64,000 bases of DNA from assembly GCA_051294375.1 (NCBI GenBank), contig CM119270.1, positions 7,554,197 to 7,618,196 on the forward strand, read 5' to 3'. Below the pieces are notes generated by a model. That model did no database searches and was not told the DNA's origin. It worked only from the letters and a program-made list of their open reading frames with translations. The number at the start of each line of letters is the position of its first letter. Within the stretch, counting starts at the first letter, position 1. The position numbers were made by a program, and so were the translations under genes. Source of the DNA: Paraspadella gotoi. Lineage: Eukaryota; Animalia; Chaetognatha. Of this stretch, positions 26,924 to 38,458 are shown piece by piece.

Positions 26924-28164
26924 CACCAAAGCCGCCGCAAATAATATGGACGAAAAAAGTCTAAATATATGTAAATTTTTGCTCATTTGAATGATCGCTT
27001 CACTCAGAAAACAAATATAAAAAAAAGGATAGGAAAGCGGGAGAATGTGAAAAACCTTCTAAAAAAAATAGGCTAATAGAGCGACACTCTCGAAAAAGAA
27101 AGAGGGACAGAGTCCGTTAATTTCAGTTATTTTTTTTTTCCTAAGTTTTATCTCCCACTTATCGAGAGGGATGCGGTTTATTCGCAACGGCTTTTTTTTA
27201 TTTTAATTCGCTCAAGGCAACGCTGGTTGTTGTCATTGTTTTTTTTTCCGCCACGTTCGCGGTTTTGTCGCTACTGTTTCGTCGGACGACTCATTTTTAT
27301 CTCTAATCTCCGCGGCGCTTCCCCCCCCTCTCGCCGCCCCCCTCTCGATATAATCCACTCCCGCCTGTCTCATTTTCAGGTCATTTAAAAGACTGAACAT
27401 CGCTCCCTTAATTTTTTCTAATTTAATAACAAAAAATTAAATTTATATTCCTCTCAGTGGGTTTATTGGCGTCGTCGAGTAGAGAGAGATGGAGAGAAGA
27501 GAGAGATGAGGAGAGAGAGAGAAGAGAGAGGAGAGAGAGAGAGAGATGAAGAGAGAGAGATGAGAGAGGAGAGAGAGGAGATAGAGGGGGCAAAGTCATG
27601 TTAAACAGTTTTCAAAAAAAAATAAAAAAAAAATTGCGATCAACATTTTATTCAATTAAAAAGTCATTAAGACTTCTAAACCGCTAGATGGCAGCCTAGG
27701 GGGAGAGCGAAAGCGAGAGCGAGAGCGAGAGAGAATGAAAGATAGAGAAAAAGAGAGGGAGAGGCTTCGGTCTGGGCTTTGTCTCTGGTGAAATTCGTGC
27801 GAGAAACGGTGATACTCCCGAGGATCGCGAGTGATTGCTGACTCGGCTGGTGAGCGATTCACCGGACCGGTGAGACGTAACCGGTTTGACTTGAGGTACA
27901 GTTTGTATATTGTACTGGAAATATAAAACTAGACATAGAAAAACTATTCTATGTCATTATCTTGATAGAGGCCCTAAACTACCAAAGCTTGTCAGGGACA
28001 CTAAAGGNNNNNNNNNNNNNNNNNNNNNNNNNAAACAGAGCAGAGATAGGAGGCGAAATTCTTTAGAATTAAGCCTCGGTACATTATTTCCGAATATTTA
28101 CACGCTATAATACACGGCGAACAATTACTCTGGAAGTGGAAAAAGAAGAGAGAGAGAGAGAGAG

Positions 28165-28212
<48 letters not shown>

Positions 28213-29268
28213 AGAGAGAGCCCAACAGCCGCCGCCAAATAATATGGACGAAAAAGTCCTAAATATATGTATAATTTTTGCTATTTGATGATCGCTCTCA
28301 CTCAGAAAAACCAAGATAAAACAAAGGAAATCGAAAGCGGAGAACAATGATGAAAAACCTTCTAAAAAAAATAGGCTAATAGATGCGACACTCAACGCAA
28401 AAAAGTAGAGGACACGAGTTCGTTAAATTTCAGTTTTTTTCTTCTAAGTTTATTCCCACTACTCGAGAGGATGCGGTTATTCGCAAAAGGCTTTTCTTTT
28501 ATTTTAATTCGCTCAGCAACTTGGATTGTGTCATTTTTTTTTTCCCGCCACGCTGCGGTGTCGCTAACTGTCGTCGACGCTCATTTTTTTCTCAATTCGC
28601 CGGCGCTTCCCCGCCTCTCGCCGCCCCCCTCTCGATATAATCCACTCCCCTGTCTCATTTCAGTCATAAGACTGAAACATCGCTCTCCTTAATTTTTCTA
28701 ATTTAATAACAAAAAAATAAAATTTATATCCTCTCGTGGGTTTTATTTGGCGTCGTCGAGAGAGAGAGAGAGAGAGAGAAGAAGAGATAGAGAGAGAGAG
28801 AGAGAGAGTCTAGCTGAGAGGAGAGAAGAGAGAGAACGAGAGAAGAGGAGGAGATAGAAGGGGGTCGTAAACAGTTTTTTCAAAAAAAACAAAAAAAAAA
28901 TGTGATCAATCATTTTATCTACTTAATAGTGATGTCAACATTCTAAACCCGCTGAGATGTCATGCCTAGGGGAGAGCGAACAGGCAGAGCGAGAGAATGA
29001 AAGATAGAGAAAAGAGAGGAAGGCTCGGTCTGGCGCTTTGTCTCTGGGTGAAATTCGTGCGAAGAACGTGATAACTCCCGCAGATCGGCGAGTGACTTGC
29101 TGACTCGGCTGGTGAGGCGATTCACCGGCCCGGTGAGAGCCTAACCGGTTTTGAACTTGAGGTACAGTTTTTTATTGCTACTGGAAATTGAAAACTAGAC
29201 ATAGAAACATTCTATGTCATCTATCTTGATAGAGGCCTAATACCAAGCTCTGTCAGGGACACTAAAGG
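26766..29268 (+). other. Tandem duplication (26766-28007 and 28047-29268) around a 25-N gap; probable overfilled-gap artefact
   Basis: Both copies start taggagg.gaaattct and end gtcagggacactaaagg. Differences are mostly single-base indels. Confidence 0.9.
27681..27695 (+). promoter_or_regulatory. CTCF-like binding motif
   Basis: CCGCTAGATGGCAGC matches the CTCF core CC(A/G)SYAGRKGGCRS. It is degraded in the duplicate copy near 28949. Confidence 0.4.
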
Positions 29269-29451
29269 ATGGACAGTATAAGAACGATAATGTTGTTGTT
29301 GTTTTTGACTCTTAGCCATTCTGCGCGCCTTGGCTCGTCCAAGAGTCGACTCAGTCAATCTTCCACTGGTACCCCCTGTCCCACGTCCCTCCCACTGTCG
29401 CCACTGTCCCCCACTGTCCCCCTCCTCTCTGGGCGACGCCATCCCACATAC

Positions 29452-29517
29452 CGCCTAACCGCAGGGTCTGCCGCAAACAGCAGTCCTTGCCCGCCTCTGA
29501 CGGGATCGAACTCAGAT
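29452..29517 (-). CDS. Candidate internal coding exon, 66 bp
   Basis: Acceptor ttttttctgctcag and donor GCG|gtatgt. Open in phase 1 ((D)LSSIPSEAGKDCCLRQTLRLG) and in phase 2 (SEFDPVRGGQGLLFAADPAVR). Confidence 0.5.
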
Positions 29518-30068
29518 CTGAGCAGAAAAAAACGTTAAGACGATTCAGATTACGCCGTGTAAGAGTGGGAATTTTTGGAGGTGGATTTGGACGTCAAAGG
29601 ATTGGGTAGGTTTGAAAACAATCCCACAAACCGTGTAGGTCTTGAAGAAGAACGGCCGCGGAATATGGAAGAAAAAAAAATGGGTGGGGAAAAGTCGGTG
29701 CTGAGTTTGGGTAAGGATCGGTAGGTGGAGTAAGTTAGAAGGCGAGAAAAGGGCGGAGGCCGAAGAAGTTTTTTTTTTCCCAATTTTGATTGAAATTAGC
29801 GAATCATTTAAAACGACAGTCGCTACAGCGCGGATTTGGCAGCTGCTGACTCCTCTGCTGCTGCTGAAGATGACAAGACGAAAGACGATGACGACGAGAC
29901 GGACGATCGCAGACGATTAACAGCTTTGTCTCTCTGTCTCTCTCTTCTCTATCGTCCCGTCCCAAAAAAAAAACTGGCATCCTTCTGGAGTATTTTATTG
30001 ACTTTTTTTTATTCTCCTCTCTTTCGAAAACCCCGTGAAAATTCGCAGTGAAATCCGTCGGAGAGAGA

Positions 30069-30113
<45 letters not shown>

Positions 30114-30267
30114 AGAGAGAGAGAGAGAGAGACTAGTCTTCGTTACGCATCGCAGAATCGTGAAAGAATCGATGACTGAGAGGAATGAGGGGGGGGGGGA
30201 GGGGCGGAGGTGGGAGAGGGGAGGCGGCGCTTTAGAAGAGCAGATGCCGCAGCGAAAGAGAAACCGG

Positions 30268-30310
<43 letters not shown>

Positions 30311-30718
30311 TCTCTCTCTTATCTCTTCATAATTAAAAATAATAATTAATGAAGAAATCTGAAAAACCCCGCGCGCATATGAAAGACGATTCCAACGGGT
30401 CTTCGCTCCATATCATCATCTCTCTCTCTCTCCCTCTCTCTCTCACTCTCTCTCCCTTTCATCGATCATTAGTGTTTTATTCGTTTCTCTATGGGATTTT
30501 TCTTTTTTCATTCCTCTTTTCTTATTGAAGGCGCACGTCGTCTTCGGAGTCGTTTTCGTCGCCGTCAACGTCGTCGTTTACTTGTTAATGTTATTTTCTT
30601 ATTTTGTTTTTGTAATAGTTATATTATGACAAAGCTTTTTTTTTCCTTCGTGAAAATGGATACAAATGCAGATGAGGAGTTAATAAATTGAGAATTTTAT
30701 AAAATTATATATTCTTAC

Positions 30719-30790
30719 CAGGATGCAAATAATAAATTAGCCCCAGTTTTTGATCATTTAATTTCACTCCATTTTGAAATCCGTGTACAG
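30719..30790 (-). CDS. Candidate internal coding exon, 72 bp, phase 1-1
   Basis: Acceptor ttttcccttgtag and donor CTG|gtaaga. The only open frame is xVHGFQNGVKLNDQKLGLIYYLHP, phase-compatible with 29452-29517. Confidence 0.5.
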
Positions 30791-30822
30791 CTACAAGGGA
30801 AAATCGAAAGACGAAGTCAAAC

Positions 30823-30895
30823 ATCTTACGACGAAGCCTTAGATCCAACGACGAAGTCCGAGATCTTACGACGAAATCCCTCGATCCCACGAGCG
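30823..30895. repeat. ~20-bp minisatellite, ~3.5 copies
   Basis: atcttacgacgaagccttag / atccaacgacgaagtccgag / atcttacgacgaaatccctcg / atcccacga. Confidence 0.8.
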
Positions 30896-31295
30896 GCGAA
30901 TTCCAAAGAGAAAATCCGGTCCTAATAAAAGCCGAGAATCCTTCAACGAAACCGGTTCTTGATCATCCTTGTCGTCGTCGTCGTTTGTCGTCGTTTGTCG
31001 TCGTCGTCGTCGTAATCGTCCTCCTCCTTATCTGACCCCGAGCGACTCTCCAGACAAAAATCTAACAATACGGGAAGTGACCGTTGGTTCACAGACCAAT
31101 TCACACTCTCTAAAAGATCACCCCAATTTTTTTTATTGAAAATTTCGCGAAACCATTTTTCTCCATCGCTCTCCTAAATTTTACAATTTGCAACACATGA
31201 CGTCAATGGCCCACAGAACCGATTTGATTCTACGAACACACTCGAACCTACTCTGTTTACTTCACACTCGGTCCGAACTTAACTCCCGCCCCCAC

Positions 31296-31466
31296 CCACC
31301 CTAAAACCACCTAAACCACCCCTCAAATTCCCCACCCCTTTTTCCTCGGTCCAAGTCTCTCCCACGTCCGTTTCGCGTTAATTCTTCGACGCGTGACGAC
31401 GGAAGAGACGAAAGAGTGGGACACGAGTGGAAATAGGGTAGGGGGTGGTTTAGGGGGTTTAGGTGG
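31296..31466. repeat. Short inverted repeat (~26-bp arms, ~120-bp spacer) built from TTTAGG-like words
   Basis: ccaccctaaaaccacctaaaccacccc (31296-31322) versus ggggtggtttagggggtttaggtgg (31442-31466). Confidence 0.6.
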
Positions 31467-31696
31467 TCGGATGGAGCGATGGTTAAATTTATAGAAGTTG
31501 CTTTTATCGGTGGTTGTTGCGTGGAAGAGGGAAAAAAGTTGAGGAGATAATCTACGGTGACGTCTGTCGCTCTTGACGGAACTCGTTTTTTTTTCTGGGG
31601 GGGGGAGAAACATTCGCCCATCGTTCACCTCTTATTAAATTGAGGATGACTTTGCTGGTGAATCACGCGTCCTAAATCGTTCACGTGCGTTCGTTG

Positions 31697-31813
31697 ATTC
31701 ATCCATTCATTCATTCATTCATTCATTCATTCATTCATTCATTCATTCATTCATTCATTCATTTATTCATTCATTCATTCATTCATTCATTCATTCATTC
31801 ATTCATTCATTCA
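31697..31813. repeat. (ATTC)n microsatellite
   Basis: Directly visible. Confidence 0.95.
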
Positions 31814-31943
31814 AATAGAACTTATTGATTTATTAACTCTCTAGAAATGACAATTACATTTTTTCTATTTTGGTCAAATTTCGCAATACATGATATCATT
31901 TCTCTATTTTATACTATTTATACTCTCTTTCTCTTTCTCTCTC

Positions 31944-31975
<32 letters not shown>

Positions 31976-32544
31976 CTTCTCTCTCTCTTCTTTCTCTCTC
32001 TCTCTCTTTCGCTCTTCTAAATGAATACATTAATTCTGCTGAAAAAAAAACCTTGCTTTGGATTATTACTTCAAGAACCGAATTTCCAAACTCTTTTAAA
32101 CCCATAAAACTTTCACGTAATGAACGGATTTAAAGACAAAACTTAAATCTAATGGTTCCATAAAAACTTCAAAAACTTTCCTTCTCTTCCTTTTCTCCTT
32201 CCTTTCCTCCTCCTCACCCAAGGTAAGTTCCACTTGGACAAATGCAGCGCGTCACTCGAAAGAAGTCGAACGCTTGGAAAGGAATTGGGTCAAACTGGGT
32301 CAAACAGGGAAAAAAAGGGCGGGTGAAAAAGGCGAAACTTGAGAGGGTAGGAAAAAGGAAGGGTCAGCGGGGGGAAAAGGAAGGAACCAAAACGAAGGAA
32401 AAGGAAGGCTATATCGGTAAAACAAGGAACGGTTATTCCAAGGTGTTGCGCCGCATTACTTTTTTAAAACTTATTTACTTATTTACTTATTTCTTTTAAA
32501 AACAAAAGCGGCGCCAGTAGTCGCTTAGATTTGATTCTTAACAA

Positions 32545-32717
32545 ATGAGCAACAAACTATAGGCAAGTTATAATCGTTTTTAACGTAAGTGGGACAGACC
32601 GACGAATAGACATACTGACGGATAGACATACTGACGGACCGAGGACGACCGACGGACCGACCGACCAAAAGTGACTTATAGAGTGATCTGCGAGTACTCG
32701 TGGGCGTAACTAAAAAA
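32545..32717 (-). mobile_element. Helentron-associated / DINE-like element 5' end (different subfamily)
   Basis: The minus strand reads ttttttagttacgcc...actctataagtcacttttggtcggtcggtccgtcggtc, the typical TTTTAG...ACTCTAT...(GTCG)n start. Confidence 0.55.
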
Positions 32718-33250
32718 GGAAAGGTGACCAAGTGACCAGTGACCAGGGAATGATGACCGAGTGGACAAGAGGGAAGAGTCAAATAAAAAAGGAGAAGAGG
32801 AAAAAGAGGAGGAAGAGGAGGAAGAGGAGAGGGTGGAGGATCTTGTGTATTTTGTGTCTCATCGATTTTCTAGACAAAGATGGCGCAGTTGCAAACTTCA
32901 AGTATGAAAAATTAATTGTAGAACTCAAAAAGGAGATAGAAATTAGTAGGGTTTGGTCATTTGAAAAGACATACTGGGACTGACGTTTACGTTTTTGTAA
33001 ATCTTTAGAAAGAATCTATTGTGTCGCATTTTTTTTTCTGATCTTATCCAAGAAATTAAATCGCCACAAAGATATACTTGAAACACGTTCTGCTTTGACA
33101 TGTACTGTTTTTGCCTCGGCCTTGGAATGCGGCCCTCCTAAGCGGCCCTGCAAGGCGGCCCTGCCTTTGACGCAGAATGTCAGTCGGAAGATGAATGTCT
33201 TCGTCGCTTTTGTTCGTCACGGTGAAAAAAACTCCGTGGACCGGAACGTG

Positions 33251-33383
33251 ATCGTCGTCGTCGTTGTCGTCGTCGTCGTTGTTGTCGTCGTCGTTGTCGT
33301 CAGATTGAAAAAAAAGTTATCATCTCAAGAACCCTCATCATCGTCATCTTCGTCATCGTCATTATTATTATTATATCATCATT

Positions 33384-33443
<60 letters not shown>

Positions 33444-33465
33444 GTCGTTATCGTCGTCGTCGTCA
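33251..33465. repeat. Compound (GTC)n/(ATT)n/(CAT)n microsatellites
   Basis: Directly visible; source of the poly-V/H/D pseudo-ORFs. Confidence 0.95.
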
Positions 33466-34710
33466 TACGTGAAGGATTTTTTCAGAATCATCATCGTTAT
33501 CGTTTTTCTCCCTGAGTTTTAAAATTTTCGAGAAAAAAAAAACCAAGGTCTTTTTTGACTATAATGATTTATTCCAAACTTTCACAACTATAGTACATCA
33601 GTTAATCTTCTTTTTATCGAAGAGCGACCGCCATTTTCATGGCGCGGCGTGCACCATATCTTTAGCGGCGCTGTTTGATTATTCCGCGCCGGTGTTAAGA
33701 CGTCCATTTGTTTTGCGGCGCCAGCGGCTGAGACATCTACTGCTTCCTCGGCACCGGAATTTAGCCTTTGACATTTAGTTTTCATTTCTTTCATTAATTT
33801 TTATCTCTTAGTAGAGAATCCCAACTCTTTCACCCCCCCACTCTCCCATATATCCATTTTCTTCCATTTCTTTACATTTTTTGTTCATGTCTCGATATAT
33901 TTTCTTCCATTTCTTTCCATTTTTTTGTCCAAGTCTCGATCCATTTTCTTCCATTTCAGCCTTATCTTTTTTCTTCCATCCCAATTTTCCCCCATTTCCT
34001 CTTTTCGTTCCGTTTCGCCGAATTTCTTTTTATTCTTTTCCTCTTATCTTTGGCCGTTTTCCTCCACCATTTCCCACTATTTCCTTTTCCGTCTTAATTA
34101 TCTCTCATTAGGTTTTTTTTTCCTTCTCTTTTTTACATCTTTTCTCCGACTTAGCATACAGATACGCACCTTATGCAACGTGACGCAATTGAGAATCAAC
34201 GTTGCACTCGTTTTCATTTTTATTAGTTTACTTTACTTAATTCATAACCTTAAAAGAGCAATCATTAAAAGAGCAATCATTGCCCGGTGTTTGATCTTCC
34301 CAGCTTCTGACCTTCACCGCCTGCCATTACTTCTCACACCTTTTCTCTCTCCACCCCGACATCCCTAACCCCGCTTATCGCTTCCCCAACTCCCCCCCTC
34401 CAAAATCCTTTCCTTTCTTTTCCCCTTCCATTTCCATATTCCTTATTCTCGGTTCTGACCTTTTGATAACCCAAAGATAATTTTTTCTCCCGGAATCAAT
34501 GGACGAAACTTCGTTCCTTTCTTCGCCGCTGGAGGTCGGTCGAGGAAAGGAGAAAAAAGTAGGGCAAAGGAGAAGGGAAAAGGGTGCGTAGGGATGGGAT
34601 TAAATTGAGAAGAGGGGAAACCAAGATGGAATGAGAAAATATAAAATATTAAAAACAATTTGAAATCATTGTCTCCTAAAAGTTATGGAGGGCTTAAACC
34701 AGCATAGCCT

Positions 34711-34790
34711 GTCCAAAGTCAGGGTCAAGGTAGCTTATTTCTTAAATTTATAGATAATTTATATATTGGTCGTAACAATTCAATATGTAA
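34711..34790 (+). mobile_element. Internal fragment of the 13362 element family
   Basis: gtccaaagtcagggtcaaggtagcttattt...tatattggtcgtaacaatt matches 14023-14092. Confidence 0.6.
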
Positions 34791-35360
34791 ACCAAGGTAA
34801 AGAAAGTTCTAAAACGAGGGAAAGCTTTGAAATGCTCCTTACCAACTCGGGGTAAGGAACGGAAAGACTTGAAAAGCGGGAAAAGGGAAAGGAAGGGTGA
34901 GCGTGGGGCTGAAGCGAGATTCTGGCCGAAAGGGTAAGTAAGGGTCTCGCGCAGAAAGGCCGTTTCGTCGCGGGGTCACGCCGCGAAGCCGAGGTCAGTT
35001 TCGTTAGGTGGGGGCCGAAGGGGGGGGGGAAATAGAAGGTAGGAGGAGAATAGAAGGATTAAAAGTGCAAAAAGGGAGAAAAAATGAGATAAGAGAGAAA
35101 AGAAAAAAAAAAAGGGATTAAAAGGAGAAAAGTAAAAAAAAAAAAAAAAATGAGATAAAAAGTAAAAAAAGAGAAAAAAAGGGGAAATAATGGTAACTCC
35201 CTTCCGATCTGAAAACGTCCGATAAATATCACAGTTCATTATTTCCCATTTTTTTTACAACAGTTCCACTGTACCGTATGCAAATAAATTTCCCTTCATT
35301 CTTTTCAAGCGAAATAAAATTACAAAGTCAAATCATCGTCGCGAGGGAACGCCCACTCTC

Positions 35361-35441
<81 letters not shown>

Positions 35442-35574
35442 TTCAATCGTTCCCTCCGTGTCAAATGGTCGATTCCCTACCGAGAAAATTGAATATAAAA
35501 AATATAAATCGAAAATAAAAATAACAATAAAACTTGCTTTTCGACCCAAGAATGAAGGGGTAGAAAAAAAACGA

Positions 35575-35785
35575 GCGGCGCCTTCTTTTCAGCTCCGGCG
35601 CCATATCAGCTCGGCGCCATTCCGTCCCGGCGCCATTCATCTACCCAACCGGCGTGAAATCGTTTTCGAAACCAGCGGCCATTCATCGATCGTTCGCGGT
35701 TCCATTCCGCGTCGACCGGCGCAATTTCAATGTCAACTTATCCCGACCGGCGCTCTTCGTCTTTCTGGGTTTCCAGCGCCGAGTG
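35575..35785. repeat. Degenerate ~15-bp GGCGCCAT-containing repeat; related tract at ~33625-33765
   Basis: cggcgcc(at) recurs at ~35576, 35596, 35612 and 35628, with further variants. Resembles DNA transposon subterminal arrays. Confidence 0.45.
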
Positions 35786-36646
35786 AAACCAGTCACATGT
35801 ACCATGATAGCGAATTAAGTACAATTTCTCATTTTAATATTCATAAACATTTTGTGTCATAAACTAACTGAATTCAATTCACAGTACCTTTCTCTTTTAA
35901 AAACAAAGCAGGTTCATTATGCCATCCTCCTTTTAACTACATTCCTTTAAATGGTTATTCTTTATCCAAATTCTCTTTTCCTATTCTTTAATTTTCATCC
36001 GCCATCTTCCATTGACCGATATAACCATTCATATCCCATTTCAACTTTTGAATTCAAAGAATCAGTACGAAATGAGATCCAATTTGTCTTCCTTTTTTTT
36101 TCTTTTTGCGAGAAACAAAAGAAAAGAAAGGAAGAAAAAGAAAGAAAAGGAAAAAGAAAAAGAGGAAGGAGGAAGAGAAAATGAGAGGCGAAAAAGGAAA
36201 TGCGTGGTCGGTCAGTAAAATAGAAGAGTTTTAATATATGGATGAAGTTGGCCATCAATGACGACGACGACGACGACGAGGACGACGACGACGACGACTA
36301 CAATGGCGGATACTCGATGACGATGAAAGAAAAACCGTTCCCAGTCGGTTTGTCGGTCTGTCGGTCAGTCCGTTCGATCGCTCCGGGAGCCCCTCATCGT
36401 TTTCCAGAGATGATCTGCCAAGCGATAAAAGCGATTTCACTCCCACACGGGGAATAGAGGGGGGGGCGCTAGCGTCTCTTGCGTCTCGTTGTCACTTTTT
36501 CACTGTTGATCGTTGTGACTGTTTAATGACAGTCTTACAATGTTTGTGTCGCTGTTTAACTGCGTCGTCGTAGTGGCGAATGACTCAATGATGGTTAAAA
36601 ATAGTTTTCATGAAAAAATCTTATTCTGTCTACTCGTCTTTCACTC

Positions 36647-36689
<43 letters not shown>

Positions 36690-37200
36690 TTTAGTGCCAA
36701 TAAAAATAAAAAGCAATAAAAATCGTTCAGAAAAATATGTAGGAGACACAAACTTTCATCGGACGGCGGAGAATAACAAATACGTCCATGATAAAGTCGT
36801 TGTTTTTGTCATCGTCGTCGTCGTTGACGTCATTATCATCGTCGTCGTCGCTTTCATCGTCGTCGGCGTCGATGTCATTGTAATTAGCGGCATCATAGTC
36901 ATTGCTTTTACATCACTGTCTGGATCCTGGTCAATGGTCATCAGCGTTGATCTCATCTTCTCAAGACTCACTGTCACTGTCACAGTCGTCGTTGTCATCA
37001 TCATCATCGTCTTCATCGTCGTCGTCGTCATCGTCGTCGGCGCGGGCGCCATAAAGCGCGAAGATTAACCCGATTATAGACGATAAAAAAGCGACGATTT
37101 CCGATGAGCAAAACTTTGGGGGCGGAGGAAAGGGAGGAAAGAATAGAAAGGGAGGAAAGGAAAGAAAGTGGGGAAAATATGGGGAGAAAAATTTGAGAGG

Positions 37201-37398
<198 letters not shown>

Positions 37399-38015
37399 AG
37401 GGACGGAATGCGGGTTAAAATAAGCCGAGAAAAGAAAAGTAGAGGAAAAAAAGAAAAGGAGAAGCGTTGAGATAAATGGGAATAGACAAGGATCGCTGGA
37501 GGTGAACGCGGAGAATAATCAGGAGGGAATCGTCATGGAAGCTTTTGTGCCGGGAAACCGATCGAAAAAGAAAAGGTAGAGAGAAAAAAAAGGGAGGAAA
37601 GGAGGAAAGAAAAAAAAAGGAAAACAAAGAGGAAAGAATGAGAAAGGAAAAAGGGAGGAGAAAAGGAACGTAAGGGGGTTTTTTGATGAGAAAGAACGAG
37701 AAAGGAACAAAGAAGCTGAGAGACGATGAAAGGGGAAAGAGTATGTCCGTTCGTCTCCTGACTTCGAGAATGGCTCTTGACTTTTAAGATGGCATCTGAA
37801 AGAAATTTCTGCCAACCCTATTCTACGGTTTCTTGTAGATTTACTGTTTAAAAGAAGCAGCAACCAACGGCATATTGATATGATAGTAATTGAATATTTT
37901 TTTAAAACGTAATCTGTCCTCATATACCCATACAACGTACCGTCCTTTCAAAACAAACGAACATGAATATCAAGCAGCATCGAAAAGTCAATGTCTCCCT
38001 TATTTTAAAACTTAC

Positions 38016-38122
38016 CATGCAGCGGTACATCTCCTCCTTGTTCCCGACGGACGATGAGAACTTTCCAACCAGATAGTAAGTCCGTCCCTCGCTCCATTTG
38101 CCGATGCAAGTGAATTCCCGAT
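38016..38122 (-). CDS. Internal coding exon, 107 bp, phase 1-0; DUF7042-like invertebrate Cys-rich extracellular protein
   Basis: Acceptor ...ttcctcaccccaaaacag and donor ATG|gtaagt. Encodes xREFTCIGKWSEGRTYYLVGKFSSSVGNKEEMYRCM, matching the remembered pattern CxxxWxEGxxxYLVG...EExYRC. The ORF track missed it. Confidence 0.75.
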
Positions 38123-38418
38123 CTGTTTTGGGGTGAGGAAGGGAAAGAGCGTGGGTGGGATGGCGGCGGCGCGGGACGGGTGGGGTCGGAGGGAACGGAA
38201 ATGGAGTGTAAGTCTTCTGTTAGTCTCGTGCTGTCGGTTTTTTTAAGTTTGAAAAAAAACAAAAAAGCCGGGGGACCAAAAGATGTTATTAAAAATATTT
38301 ACCGAGAAGGCAGAAGCCGGGAGACGAAAGAGGAGGGAAAAAGGGAGGGGAAAAGAAAAAAAAGAGAGAGAGAGAGAGAGAGAAGAGAAGAGAGAGAGGA
38401 GAGAGAGAGAGAGAGAGA

Positions 38419-38458
<40 letters not shown>

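Noticed and set aside
33095-33494. Poly-His, poly-Val and poly-Asp ORFs
   Set aside because: They are translations of trinucleotide microsatellites.
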